Shown: positions 1 to 15,533 of the stretch, piece by piece | Layout: each line of letters begins with the position of its first letter | How positions within the stretch are numbered: position 1 is the stretch's first letter | NCBI GenBank assembly: GCA_012295275.1 | Contig: CM022669.1 | Coordinates: 18,352,001-18,416,000 of the forward strand | Origin: Chrysomallon squamiferum | Taxonomy: Eukaryota; Animalia; Mollusca | DNA length: 64,000 nt | Reading direction: 5' to 3' | Translations under genes and position numbers: made by a program | Notes under the pieces: model-generated | Told to the model about the DNA's origin: nothing | The model's database searches: none | Seen by the model: the letters and a program-made list of their open reading frames with translations, nothing else

Positions 1-96
1 CGAAAAAAAAATCCTATCCTATTCATAATGGAAATTTAAATAGAAGAAGAAGAAGAAGAAGAAGAAGAAGAAGAAAAAGATTTATATTCAGGTCTC

Positions 97-135
<39 letters not shown>

Positions 136-2380
136 GTTATAAATCGCCATAGCATATCATTGAATAACAAATTGCAATTATTCATTATACATAAATATTA
201 CATGCAATTTGTGTGACCTCATAAAGCGCAGTCCCCAGTTCCAGGTAATTACAACTACGTCGATGCATTATTAATAGGAATCAGCATAAATCCGACGACC
301 ACGCCAACAAAACGTCATCGACAACTCCCTATCAAATTAGCCATAAATTATCACCCACAATAAAAAGTGTGAATGGTAGACGAACACGCGCTATCAACAT
401 CGTATTCACGTATCTCTTGGATTCATGCTGGCACCGTGATACTGTTTTTGAAAACTCTTCTCGATTATGTACGGGGATAAGAGAGCCATGAATTATTCAC
501 GTACGTCGCTCGGTCCGTTTGCATATAATTTCTTTTATTTTTCACACCATCACAAAGACCAACCCGCATTCGTGTCTCTGTATCAATGCGCCATGGTTAA
601 ACTGCAAAACACTCGAGTTGATACATTATTAAAACTTAAATGCATATTCAGTTTCTGCTATAGATTTGGTCTGTAGAATGGATAGTGCATATCCGAAACG
701 TAAGGCAACAATGACGCATGGTTTAATAAATAATAGTAGTAATAATAATAATAATAGCAATACTGATCATAATAATAATCATGATCATCATAATAATAAT
801 CATAATGATAATAATGATGATGATGATGATAATGGTAATGATGATTATAATAGTAATAGTGATGATGTTGATGGTGATGATGATTATGATGATAGTAATA
901 ATAATAATCCAATAACACTTGCAAGAACAAATTAATAATATAAAATAAGAAATAAATAGATCACCTAACTATATCTACTATTTCTACTACTACTACTGCT
1001 GCTGCTACTACTACTACTACTACTACTAATAATAATAATAATGATAATGACATATAAATAAATAATTTTAAAATAATATATATATATAGATATAGATATA
1101 TATGTACACATACATATACATATACATTATTCCATGTCACAGGATCGATCCTAGTATTACTCTTCACCAGAAAATAATTTGATTTTTTTACGGACGCGGA
1201 GGTAAAAGGCGAGGTTGTCGTCGATGGTTTATCGCTGACCTTAACGCCTCCGTAGTGGGATGAACAACAACGTGTAAGGAATGATGAAGAAAAAGCTCAC
1301 TCCGGCTCGGACATAAATCACGGCTGATGCGATGCCTCGCTTTCGCTCTGTAATTTTAAACCTTCTGGCAATGGCGCGCTATCCGTAGAACCTGTCACGG
1401 GAAAAAAGCAGAAGTCAGATTTAGCACGTGTCGTGATGGTTAGCAGAGGAAGGTGATTTTAATGAGGCACCCGCCAAAAAGAAAAACCCTCTTAACAAGC
1501 AGATGTTGCAAAAGGAGTGAGAAAACAATAATCGGTGAATTTGTTGGTTTTTTTTTTTTTTTTTTTTTTTGCTCTCTCGTTTACTGTGGAATTTCCATCG
1601 TCACCTACAAATATTATCTTTTTTTTTAATTATTATTATTATCTTCTTTTTTTTTTTTATTATCTTTTTTTTTTTTTTTTATAAATTAACCCCCCCCCAA
1701 AACAAGACATTTACTGTAAATATTTAGCATAGGATATTTTGAAACTGGTCAGAAGTATAATGCTAAAAAAGCATTAATAAGTGAATGGAAGAATTAATGT
1801 TTTTTTATGTAGTCACATTTATTAAGTGTCAAACACAGCCGATTCTTTTTATATAATAATCATGTCATGAGAAAACAAAATTCTCTGTTTCCATTACTTT
1901 TTTTCAAAGGGGGATAAAGCAATATATGTATGTATGTATGTATGTATGTGTGTATATATATATATATGTGCGAGCGTGTGTGTGTGGTGTGTGAAGATGT
2001 GCGTGCATACACAGTCATAAATACAGATATTAATATTATATAAGCTCTAAGCAATAGTAACTGGCTCATAAATAATATTTAAAAATATCCAAACGGGATA
2101 AGATAATAACACATAAGTCCCTAACATAACCTTTAAAATCATAGCAGGATCAAACACGATTTGAAAAAGCAACAAAAAACTATAATTTGCTGTAGAAAAA
2201 AAAAAAATTAATAATAAATGATAGTTTCTACGGCTAATCCTTTGATCCTTGTAAACTAGAATTTTTTAATAACATTGAGCGATGTCATCTAAGTTTTGTT
2301 ATAAAAATGTATTCAAGTGCCTGCATGATTTTTTTTTGGTTTTGTTTCCAGGCTTATAATAAATGGTTGAAAAAAGTTTG

Positions 2381-2481
<101 letters not shown>

Positions 2482-4139
2482 GGAGAGAGAGAAAAGAAGA
2501 GAGAGAAAGAAAGAAATAGAGAGAAAAATGAAAAAGAGAGTGAAATGATAAAACGAGAAAAAATCCTTTTACCAGTGAGTATCAAGGAATATTTTAAAAG
2601 CACCTTCTCACAGATTGGAGAAAAAAACTTTGCCGTTTGATAAGCTCGTAATTATTTTATAATTTATTAGAGACAACGATAAATTGTGAACAATGTTAGA
2701 AAGAAAGAGAGAAAGGACAGGTAGAATTTTTTTTCCATAAACGACTTCTGTCTTCATAAGTTACTTGCCTCTGTACAAATTCGAAGCAGGCGAAAACCTA
2801 CACGTGTTTGGCGTACTTTGTAAGTGTGTGTTTTGGGCAGCCGCGGTTAGAGGGGCGCCGTCTGGTGACATATATTACAATCAAAAGGTCAAAGGTGTTC
2901 TAACGAGGCTGCTAAAACAGCATGTGCCCTAACGCACTGCTTTCGGTAAAAATATTTTGGGTTAAATATCACCCCAGTCAAATGACTTCACCCCGAAAGG
3001 TCAAATCTGCAGGCGTGATTGAGTGACCTCACGTGCACATACGTCATTAGAAGTCATCGCTACAGACCTCGCTGGCAATCACCGGGTCCGAGAAGAACCC
3101 GCAGGTCAGAATTACGCACACAAAGAAGATGAAAATATGCAAAATATGCCAAACACTGAATTAACGACCCCCGAGAGACCAGCGCGTTTTGATGGTATAT
3201 TAGATATCGGATGGTTAAGAGGCGATTCTTGATGCTCCTGGCCTCCATATTGGATTAGCGTCGGCGTTCGATAATGTTCATATTCGACTATCAACCTCTT
3301 CAACGCGAAAATGGCTTCTTTTGGTGATACGTTACAAGACGTAATTGTTTCCGCCACTGAAGAGACTGGTAGTTTTCACGAACTGTCGCTTTCGGTTAAT
3401 ATTTCCATTTGTCGCGTGCCTGTCGTTGCAAAGGCAACTCCAACTATGTTCACTCAATAGTTCGAAGAAACAAAAAAAAAAAAAAGAAAAAAAAAAGGAA
3501 AAAAAAGGTGTACAGGTACTTCTCACCCTATGGATCCAGATCTTCGTAACGTTTGGTTCTGTTCCAAAGATGTAAAGAATTTCCTACATGTTGAATGTCG
3601 AGTCTTCTTGGATGCAGTTTAGATAATAATGTCAGATAACTCAGTGGTATAATAATTATAACAACAGCAGTGATGTTGTGATGGTGATAATGTGAATGGC
3701 AATTTATGTGGTGTTAAAACAGCTGAGAGAAAAAAATAAATAAAATAAAAATAAAAAGAAGGAAAATAGCTAAAGATGGGATAAAATACAGAGTTCGCAT
3801 GAATTTTGAAAATTTATGAATATGTGTTTTGAGAAATACAAATGAAACTGAAAAATAATTGTAATACATTTAAATAACGGAGAAAGAAAAAGAAAAAGGA
3901 AAGAAAAGCGAAGAAACGATTTCCTCGTTAATATGTGTCAGTCTAATTAAAACTAATTTAATGAATGAATTAACTAAATAATTAATTAATCACCTAATTA
4001 TTTTTTCATTCATTCACGCATTCACTCATTCCCTCACTCACTCATTCGTTGACTCTTTCACGAATCTACAAACTAACCAAGCAACTAATTAGCCAGTTAT
4101 AAATAAACAAACAATTGTCTGTAAGTGCATCAAAAAGTC

Positions 4140-4980
4140 TGACTGGCAATGTCTGCTATGACTGACACTTTCACTGCTCTAACCCAACTGACATTGTCAC
4201 TCATCTAACAGACTGACAATGTCACTCATCTAACAAATTGACAATGTCACTCAACGAACAGACTGACAATGTCACTCGTCTAACAGACTGACAATGTCAC
4301 TGTTCTAACAGACTGACAATGTCACTCCTCTAACAGACTGACAATGTCACTCCTCTAACAGACTGACAATGTCACTCATCTAACAGACTGACAATGTCAC
4401 TCATCTAACAGACTGACAATGTCACTCATCTAACAGACTGACAATGTCACTCCTCTAACAGACTGACAATGTCACTCATCTAACAGACTGACAATGTCAC
4501 TCATCTAACAGACTGACAATGTCACTCATCTAACAGACTGACAATGTCACTGCTCTAACAGACTGACAATGTCACTCATCTAACAGACTGACAATGTCAC
4601 TCATCTAACAGACTGACAATGTCACTGTTCTAACAGACTGACAATGTCACTGTTCTAACATGAATGACAATGTCACTCATCTAACAGACTGACAATGTCA
4701 CTGTTCTAACAGACTGACAATGTCAGTCATCTAACAGACTGACAATGTCACTCCTCTAACAGATTGACAATGTCACTCATCTAACATGAATGACAATATC
4801 ACTGCTCTAACATGAATGATAAGGTCACTCCTCTAACAGACTGACAATGTCACTCCTCTAACAGACTGACAATGTCACTCCTCTAACAGACTGACAATGT
4901 CACTGCTCTAACATGAATGACATTGTCACTGTTCTAACACGACTGATAAAGTCACTATTCTGTCACGAATGAAAATGTCA
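4140..4980. repeat. 25-bp minisatellite (GACTGACAATGTCACTCATCTAACA)n, about 30 or more copies
   Basis: Unit starts at 4261, 4286, 4311 and so on; homogeneous centre with degenerate edges. Confidence 0.95.
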
Positions 4981-7745
4981 CCGATATTACGCGACGATTT
5001 TGTACGAATCAGCATTTGTAACGTGATGAAGAATAATCAAACTTTAAGAAATAATATATCTGAAGAGAAAAAAATTATAATAAGCAGTGCTGTCAGACAA
5101 GGAACCAGCTCACCGCTGTTTTTAATTTTTTTTTTTTTTTTTTTTTAACTCTTTCTGTATGCCACAATGTCAGCGCTCTGGATTTTGCGTGTTAAAACTA
5201 CAGCTGGGTTGTTCCACCGGGAAAACATTAATATTAATACATATAGAATTTCACTTAAATCACATGGTTCAGTTAAAAAACTAAAAATAAAAAATAAAAA
5301 AATAAAATTAAAATTAAAATTAAACCACGACCATAGCTGCAATTAATAATAATAATAATTATTAGAAGAAGAAGAAGAAGAAGAAGATGATGATGATGAT
5401 GAATTTGATAATTTTAATGTTAATAATGATGACGACGATGTCGAAGACGATGGGATTCATGTCCTTTCGAAGACTAAGCTGTATTTCGATCGATATAAAT
5501 CTATTTTAAATGTTTGACGACAGTACTATTATGAATAAACGAATGAATATTTATTTAACAATACCTCAACACGGTATAAATTAAAAGCTATTTCTGTCAG
5601 ATTGTTCGGTAATACATTTTCATGCACAATAGCGATACAGCTAAAACAGAAAACTGGCCTGATTGCGCCTCAACTTCTACGCTTGTCGATTAGCAGTAAA
5701 CTGTCGTTAACATACACCTTCCCATTAACAGGGATTCACATACGACGGAATTTGATAAACCATTAGTGAAGCTGAGCTTATCTTTGTAGTCTTACGTAGT
5801 AATACAGCCGAGCAATATTCCAAATACAGCTGTAACGGTAAGTAGTTCGCGGACCCTAAATAGCAAGACACGTGCATTGCACTGCAGATCACAAGTGCAT
5901 GCAGGCTAAACATCTGGATGCCAAATGTTGCACTGGAGTTTGCAAACCGGGACTAAGATTTGAATGGAACGAGCAGAAAGTTGTATACACGATTGACTCT
6001 GCTGAATCAACATCGATTTCAGCGAATTAGTCGTGCTCTCAAGAATTAATCTTAACAGCGACAACGGCAGCGACATCGACTACCACCGTGGCAACACCAG
6101 CTGAACCAACAAAATAAAAAGGAGTGATCACAGAAAATAAAACATTAATTTTTTTTAAACAGTGTTTGCAAAATAATTCAAACTTATTGACGAAAATGAT
6201 GACGATGATAATAAACATTATGACGACATAGCAGTAATAACAACGCCATCAACAACAGCAAGCAAGCTACAACATCGTGCACTGAAACAACCTGGGTTTT
6301 CTGGTGTCAGTTTTGATGTATCCTAAATTCTTCAACAAGATCCTAAAATAAATTCCATTGCCTCCTTTATGCAGCAGAGTGAGGACATATTTAAAGATCT
6401 TTGCCAATAATTTTATGTGTGACCATTTTGTTCCTGTTATTTACAGCTTCTCTGTCCAGAATGATTCATTCAGAAGTCCACTGTTGCATAAATTTGTCAG
6501 CAACCTTTTTATTTCTACTTCAGAGAGAAAGTTTAACCTATCACTAACTCATAAAATATATGGAACCATGCATAGATGTGAATACTTTTTATCTGTGAAA
6601 TACGGTCTAATTCTGGTTGTTGCAGGCATGATACAGGGAATGGACATGAAAATATTGGATGTGTGTGATGTGTATGCCAGCTCTTACGCTTGCATACGCA
6701 TATACATAATCAGAAATGTAAAGATAAAACACACAATATTGTTAAGAATTCGTTAATCGAAATAATGGAAATAATATTTTTTTTTTAAAGTAATACAAAT
6801 AATTAATTAATTTTTTTTTTTATCTCTATCAGTTTTTGAGCCTATTCTCACCAGTAGAGATTAATATAAAATTTCGCTAAGGTCACACAAAAACTGGTGG
6901 AAGTTTATTGAATTAGATTTAAACCATTTGTCAAGCTAACAATTTAATTTTAAGTGACGCGAGAACTCGATGTAAACAAATACACACAAAAACGAGTCAT
7001 TTCAGCAGCGATCGTTCCATTATCCAGATAAAAAAAGAAAATTAAATAGGTGATTGTTCATATTATATTAGTGTTTTTTTTTCGTCTTACTATACCGGAA
7101 CTGCGGCCATTAAAGGGAGATAAGTCTGTTTAATTAAGAGAAATACTGATCTAATCGTTTTATTAAAAAATTGGCGAATGTAATAGAAATATAGATATAT
7201 TTTTTTTATTATTAAAGTTTTACTAATTTAAAAACAAAAACAACAACAACAACAACAAAAATAAATAAATAAATAAACAGTTATTATCCTATTCATATAC
7301 ACACATTATGAACGTACTATTTAAACATCATTCACACAAACTGACACACACAGTCACAAACACAAAATTAAAAAACAAAACAAAAAACACACACACACAC
7401 ACACACACACGAAAAGGACAAGAACCAACATACAGACCGGCGTTAATATAACAAGAGACTTCTTTTCCTGGTGTGTTAAATTAAATTTCCTTGGAATCAG
7501 AATCTCTTTACGTATCTTCAAAAGAAAGCTGATATAATGGGCAGTGATCTTCGTGATCGCGTCTTCAGAGAACACAACAGGATGACAGCTTATCACGATA
7601 GTTTTTAATAAATCACCATCTTTTGCCTTATTATTTACTAATTATCCATCCTGGATCGTGGAGTAAGATAAAGATATGCGAAGAAAACATAAAACTGAGT
7701 AGCGGTATTGTGATAGTTAACGAATTAGAGTTTTAGTGTATAATG

Positions 7746-7896
7746 TGTGTATATATGAATTTAACTGTATTTTTTTTTTTAAATTAATAAAACTTTATAT
7801 ATATATATATATATTTCTTTAACATTTGGCAATTTTTGTACATGTGTATATATAAATTTAACTGTATTTTATTTTTTTTTTAATTAATAAAACTTT

Positions 7897-7933
<37 letters not shown>

Positions 7934-7958
7934 CTTTAACATTTGGCAATTTTTGTAC
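7746..7958. repeat. Local tandem duplication of about 100 bp (2 copies)
   Basis: tgtgtatatat..aatttaactgtatttt..aattaataaaacttta..(TA)n..tttctttaacatttggcaatttttgtac occurs twice; copies differ mainly in T and TA tract length. Confidence 0.85.
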
Positions 7959-8670
7959 GTAAGGTGGCGGACAAGATAAAAATGAAGTATGAAAATAACA
8001 TCTTGCTCTGCAAATGCTGGTACAATTATCATGTGAGGGTTTTGGTAATCAGTTAGTATCGTTTCGTAAACGACTGAACGTTAAATTGATGATTGTCTGT
8101 GTGGTGTTCAGGATAAGACAACGATACGAGGAGAAAACAGCATAATTAGAGGCAATAAGTCAATAGCCGTTATCGCGGGGTCTAGTGCAGCTTTTATCTT
8201 TCGTATTAATACGGTTTTATAAACGGTTGTTATATGTTGTATTATTTGCTGGTTATCTATGAAGGGTCTCGGGTAAGAAAATGATATGCCTAGAAAATAG
8301 CATGTTTTAAAGCTGTTGTGCTGCATATCGACTGTCTTTGCGTTTAGTATCGTGTTTTGTTTTGTTCTTTTTATAGCACTGATGTATTATAATAATTAAT
8401 ATTCATTGCTCTAGTTTGATGATAAGGTCAAAAATGTGCATAGAAAATTAGATATTTAGCGGCGGTATCTTCAGAGCAGTAAAGGATTGTGGGTTAGATA
8501 TATTTGATATTAAAATGGCTTAGTCAGCAATATTTATGCAATATGTATGTATGTGTGTGTGTGTGTGTGTGTGTATGTGTGTGTGTTCGTTTATATGTAT
8601 TTATGTATGCATGGTTGTATGTATGTAATGTATGTAAGTATGCAAATATGTATGTATGTATATATTAAAG

Positions 8671-8702
<32 letters not shown>

Positions 8703-8810
8703 CATGCATGTTTGTATGTATGCATGTATGCATGCATGCATGGGGGTGTATCTGTATAAATACATGTATGTATGTATGTTTGACGAAAGACATTTAAATC
8801 TACGACACAA

Positions 8811-8841
<31 letters not shown>

Positions 8842-11633
8842 ACGACAAATACTTTCCGTTACTAACATCATCAGACACAAAACGCCGAGTTATAAACACA
8901 ATTATCTTCAAAAGAAACGTTAACTTCACGAGTCAGCGACATTCATTTTGTGAAACTCCTTTGAAAATTTCGCGCAATCTCGCGCATACTTCCGCGATCC
9001 CCGCAACACATGTCTTTCCTCAAACTAGACCGTGCATAAATCCAGAGCGACGTAATAATCTCGCGTCTCACAATGTACACTTTGTGCACGGGCCTCCACT
9101 CCTATCTGAAGCGCAGAGGTCGCAGTTGATATCGTGTTTACTCTACGTCTCTTACTTTTTGCGTAACCCGACGCCACCCTTTTGATACGCATCCGGATTC
9201 TTGGCGTAAAAAGCGTGCAGCTGCAACCCAGTCGAATGTTAGGAAACCGTCATGGATAATGTCAAAGAGCAGCAATGAAGAAAAAAGTGTGGTGCAGTTT
9301 TAGGCAAAACAAGGTCATGATTTTTTTATTTTTTTATTTGTATTTTTTATTTTTTTTTATAGTGGTTGGACTATTTTCTTTTATCGTCTTAATTTCTGTG
9401 TACTTAGTAAGTGTGTGAAAGTTTGCAGAAATATGTTGGCATCTTCGACAGCGAGCGACATGATGTTAAAAGTTAGATAATAAATAAATAAATAAATAAA
9501 TAAATGAGAGAGAAAGACAATGGAACCGTTGTATATATTTATTAGAACGGGCTGGTGTTAAAGCGACATTAATAATATTATAGTAAATGTAAAAAATACC
9601 ACGTTGACAAGTTCATTCATCTTCCACGTAAAAACACGAACAGCCGGTAACGAATGATTCCGAAATGTAAATACGATCAAGTTCGGCTGCCGTCGTAAAT
9701 GAATCTCCGTCTCTCGCCGCTCAACAAGCTACGTCAGATTGATTAAATACGTGTTGAAGAATACCATCAGAAAAAAACCCACGTCTTTCATTCCCTAACG
9801 CATTTTCCTACGTAACCTTTAAATAATATAGGTCCAAGTAAATAAATGCCTTCATTAATCGTCGTATTATTGTGTGTTGTCTGGTTTCGTTTTCTTTTCG
9901 TCTTTTCTTCATGTTTTGTTTTAGATTTGTCTGTAAAAAAGAAGAAACAATACTAAAATAAAGTGAAGTGATAATAAAAGAAAGAGAAGGAAAAGGTGTG
10001 GGAAAAAAAAGAAGAGATGAAGAAAATAAACTGACGTGGACGATTGTTAAAGATAAGTTGGTTGGAATGGTAAAAAAAAAAAAAAAAAAAAAAAAAAATA
10101 GAGAATATAATCTGATCTAATGTTTAATCGGTTAAAAAGGAACTTAAAATACTTATTTCCCAAGGAAATATTTACACTTTGTACAGTGAAGGGGGAAAAA
10201 ACGGCAGCCACAGAAATTCAAACGTTCTCATGTTGTAGGCATTTATTTCATATTTGTGTCAACGTGTATGGTTTTTATTTCTGTTTTTTTTTTTTTTTTT
10301 TTTTCGCTCTATCTCTCTTATTTCCGGTTCAGCATTTTATGATCATATATGTTTTACAATCGCAAAATGTCAAACGATAGAAGGAAAAAAAAAAAAAAAA
10401 AAAACGGAGAGAGAGAGAAAGAATTTAAAAAAAAAAATAAAAAATAAAGATTTCACACAAGTAAATAACCCGGACTGAAATCGAAGCGTTATCAGCATGT
10501 TACCAGACGAGACTTGGCGCACTTTGTCGGGTCATGTGATGTCATAAGGGCGCGCCACGATACATAACAGACTGCAACCTAACGCCTGCCCTGAAGCACG
10601 GGCCCTGACCCCTGCACAGGACCATGCAATCACGGCTTCGATAGAAGGTAACACCTGTTTGGAATCGTCCACGATGCGGATACGGGGGTGCTGGGTGTCT
10701 CGTTTCATTCATGTTCAGTTCGTTTGGCACGGTGTCAAACACATCTGTTGGCAATCACTGATAGCAGATTTCTGCAGTGCTCGCATTTTTCAAGGCGAGG
10801 CGACGATAGATACAATAAAATATAACACAAAGGGCTCTGTTTTCTCATGTTTACATATAAAATACGTACATAAAAATAGTCAGTCGAGTTAAGCAATACA
10901 CAGAGGAAAATCCTAATGATTTAATAAGGGCTGTTCACGACAACGTTTTAGGTGGGGGTGGGCCGACAGCTGCAGTTACAATTCATTCCTTCAAGCATTC
11001 ATCTTACATCAGCAGAGAAAAAAACGAAGAAGAAAAACCCAACAAAACACACATTTTCTCTGTGCTCATCAGATAACAGATACTGGAAGACGATGTAATA
11101 ATAATAAGAAGAAGAAGAAGAAGAAGAAGAAAAAAGAAGAAGAAGAAGAAGAAGAAGAAGAATAGAATAACAACAACAGCAACAATAAATAAATAAAACA
11201 GAACACCGGACGTTTTTCTTAACGTTTTTCATATCTGAAAACCGTAATAATTTTACTAATATTTCATTGCCATGTAATATATACCACAAGTACGTAGATT
11301 AACGCACAAAGATGCACACATTTACTTATATCAAATTCATGTTATACTGAGTTTCTTTTGTTGCTACCTATATTCGGTTAAATGTATTAGTATATATATA
11401 TATATATATGGTGCATAATTTTTGCTACTGAGTATATTGTAGACACGTAACTGGTTTTGCAGATTCTGAAAATAACGGCACCTAATTCATACCCCCACCT
11501 GCGGCTAAATGTTCTGGATTTGCCTGTGCAAGTTGTTTTTATAAACACGTTGCTAAAACCAGATTTCTTGTTTGGTATTCGTTGTAGGACAAAAAAAAAT
11601 ATATGAAGGGGAATATGATGAAGAAAATAAAAG

Positions 11634-11849
<216 letters not shown>

Positions 11850-12461
11850 ATATGTTTGTGTGTGACTGATTAGAATACGATGATATACACGCACACGAAC
11901 CAAAAACGACCTCATACATCAGCAAGGAAGGCAATAAGCACATCATCACGAATATACCTACACATTTCCCTAAACGTAATTTGAATTCAAATTTTGAAAT
12001 CCTTAACGAATCGACCTATAGTATTCAGTAAAACATTTTGACATCTATAATAATACTCTTTTTTTTAATGATTTACTTTTAAAACCCCATCAGTGAAAGT
12101 GATTTGTACTGAGAAAAAAAACTAACAGAAGAAAAGGAAGAAAATAATAATAAAAAAAACACCTAACATTACAGAAATAACTGAATAACTGTAATGTATA
12201 AGTCAAGATAAAGGAAAATAAAAACAAACAAACGAACAGAAAAAAAGGTATATAAAAGTAGCAAGAACGACTTTTTCATAACATATAAACAAAAAACAGT
12301 AAAAGATTTTTATCTTAATGACAAGATGAAAACAACAGAATTTTTTTAATAAAAAAAATAACAAAAAAAAAATGATATAAAGAAACATGGTACAAAATGG
12401 CGCCCAAGGAAAACAAGAATAACAAATAATGAAATAATCATAACTTATAAATGAAACACTG

Positions 12462-12500
<39 letters not shown>

Positions 12501-13339
12501 AGAATAAAGAAAAGGAACAGAAACGAAGATAAAAGAAATCTTCCCCTAAACACGCCTAAACAGCTTCATTGCACCACCGAGCCGAAGACATCAAGACAGC
12601 CCCTTGCAAAAAACCCGGATCACGGCCGACTTGTCCCGAAGAAAAGAACTTATGCAAGCTGGGGCAGAGGCGGATAGGAGCTGAATACCATTATTATCCC
12701 TTTGAATAAACCCATTCAAGTATTTCTATGGTATATTGGTGTCTGGCTTGCCCTCGTAATGTTGCAGTAACACAAAAGAATAGCGCTGTACATGTTCGTC
12801 TTATGTCTGCAGGTATTAGAAGGCGAAAAAATTGAATTTAAAATATTAAAAAAAAAATAAATAAATAAAAAAAAAAAACATTCTAACTTGTCTTTTCATA
12901 TCGAAGAAATAAATTATTTTTTATTCATAAGTTGTCAGTGCGAAAAAGTAAAAGTCGTTGACTAGTGCATGAGTTTATTCATATATATATGTATATATAT
13001 ATATTATTATATAACACTGAGGTTTTTTTTCCTTTAAGGAAAAAAGTATTTTGATTAATGCTGGTAAGATAAGAACTTTTTTTTAATTTACAAAATTTGA
13101 TGTATACTGGTTTATGGAAGGCTGTGAAATGTAAGAGACATTATATAGTAATGTTTGTTAATGGTAGACTGATGAAAATTCTCAGTATTTTAACTCAGTG
13201 TCCGTGAAAACAAACAATGACCATGGTTCAGTAATTAATGTGTATTTGACTTTTTATCCGTAAATAAATTTCTTTCAAACCGGTAATAAGGGACACGTAA
13301 GCAGCATAAATATACATAAATATAAATATATACTCGCTG

Positions 13340-13618
13340 ACACATCCACATACAGAATTACATACATATACACAAACACAGTAACAAACACATAAATGTC
13401 TATACAGTAACATGCACATATACTACACCTACACAATAGCATACATATATATACACAAAAACTGTAATATACACATAAATATCTATACAATAACACACAC
13501 ACACACTACACCAACACAGTAGTACATACATATACACAAACTCAGCTATACACACATTTACGTTTACACAATAACACGTAATAACACACCAACACAGTAA
13601 TACAAACATACACACATA

Positions 13619-13666
<48 letters not shown>

Positions 13667-13720
13667 AGCAATAACACACGTCGACACACTGACACAAAAA
13701 CACACATACGTTCACACTCT
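13340..13720. repeat. Degenerate CA/TA-rich tandem repeat
   Basis: Recurrent acacagtaa-t/c-aca..acata modules plus a (CA)n tract. Confidence 0.6.
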
Positions 13721-15274
13721 CCAGTAACATAAACTCAGATATACGTTCATTCACACACATGCTGACGCTAACGTGTGAAATTTAACACTATTAACAGTAA
13801 CGTACTGTGACTAACCTCACATACAATACCTCTCTATAATACAACAACAACAACAAAATAAATGTAACAAAACAAAACAAAACAACAATCAGTGGTAGGT
13901 GGCAGCAGATGGTTAACGTATTTTTAGACTAACCTGTCTCTGTGTATTCTTTCTAAAATAATGTTTTATTAGTCTTCAGGTTCTAGGTGATTTCAGTCTA
14001 TACCAGTTATCGTATTCAAAGTTTTTAAAAGAGCATTTCATAGGGAGGGTAATATCTTGTTTGCTCTGATAAGTTTATCGTTAGCTTTGAAGAAGTGTTT
14101 AATATATCAGTGGGGAAGAAGGTGGACAGAAACTGTGGTTATTTATGTGGACACTGGAGTTACGAATGTAATAAACTGATAGAGAAGTATGTAATATGGA
14201 ATATTAATATGGAATATTAATTTCCAACGGAAACCAAATGTAAAAGAGACATAGGAATTATGAAGAAATACGGAGACTACAGTGTAAATAAGTTACCTAA
14301 AGAGACATATTAATACACAGACACCTGATAAATGAATGAATTCCAGTAAAAATAAATTTTCACATAGAAACATAAAATATGGAAAATCTTTCAGAATGAA
14401 GAAAATCGACTCGGAAAGAAAAGTGAAAAAAATGAAGATATATAACAAAATAATGATAATAATAATAATGAAAAGAAATACAATAAATAAAATAAATAAA
14501 TAAATAAAAAATAATGCAGATGACGGTATGAAAACTATTTGGTAACAAATGAATTCCAGTCGAAAATAACTGATCTGAAAGAGACAAAACAAATCAGAGA
14601 GAAATGTCGTCATGTGAAATCCCAAAGAAATGAACAGAGCAAAGCAAACTGCACATTAAAAGAACCAGCACAAAGAGTGAAATAGATATACGAAGAAATG
14701 AATTAAAAAAAAAAAAAAAAAAGGATAACGAAAGACCTGACAACGAAAGAATCAAAAGGCAGATATAAAAAAAGTATAATTTAATAAGAATAAATGGGGA
14801 AAAAAATAGAAAGAAAAGACAAAAAAAAATTCACCAACATTTTGGTGTTTATAATTTTAGAAACATCAAATGACTCAATATAGAAACTTACAATACAAAA
14901 TATTCTATACAGATACGAGTTCAGAAAACGCCCATGCCGAATCGGAATAATTCTCAACAATGACACAAAACATTAAAATACTAAGTAAGACCAATGCTAT
15001 GCAAAAAAATAATTTTTAGAACTATTTCGCAAACAAAACACATCTATTATGACATTTCATGTTCATAATATTTTTCGTTTACATTTTGTTAATTCATGAA
15101 AAGGACTTTTGAAGTGGCATATAGTTGGGTTTTTTATGGAGATTTATTGAAAGTTTCAGCTTAAAAAACAACAACAAACATAAAAACACATCATAATTTA
15201 AAAAAGAAAGAACAAAAAAAAAAAGAGAAAAAACAGAAATAGATCTATAACACGTACAGACAAGTGTATTTGTA

Positions 15275-15533
15275 TTTTAACGTCACAAGTATTTTTAACG
15301 TCTCTATTAACATCACAAGAGATTTAAGGTCATTTTTAACATCACAGGAGTTTTTAACGTCAATTTTAACATTACGAGAGACTGTAACGTCAATTTTAAC
15401 ATTACAGGAGTTTTAACGTCAGTTTTAACATTACAGGAGTTTTAACGTCAATTTTAGCATTACAGGAGTTTTAACGTCAATTTTAACATTACAGGAGTTT
15501 TAACGTCAATTTTAACATTACAGGAGTTTTGAC
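15275..15533. repeat. 29-bp minisatellite (TTTTAACATTACAGGAGTTTTAACGTCAA)n, about 9 copies
   Basis: Near-perfect units at 15394-15530, more degenerate towards 15275. Confidence 0.9.

Noticed and set aside
4140-4980. CRISPR array
   Set aside because: Head-to-tail repeats without unique spacers, no cas genes, and a eukaryotic context.
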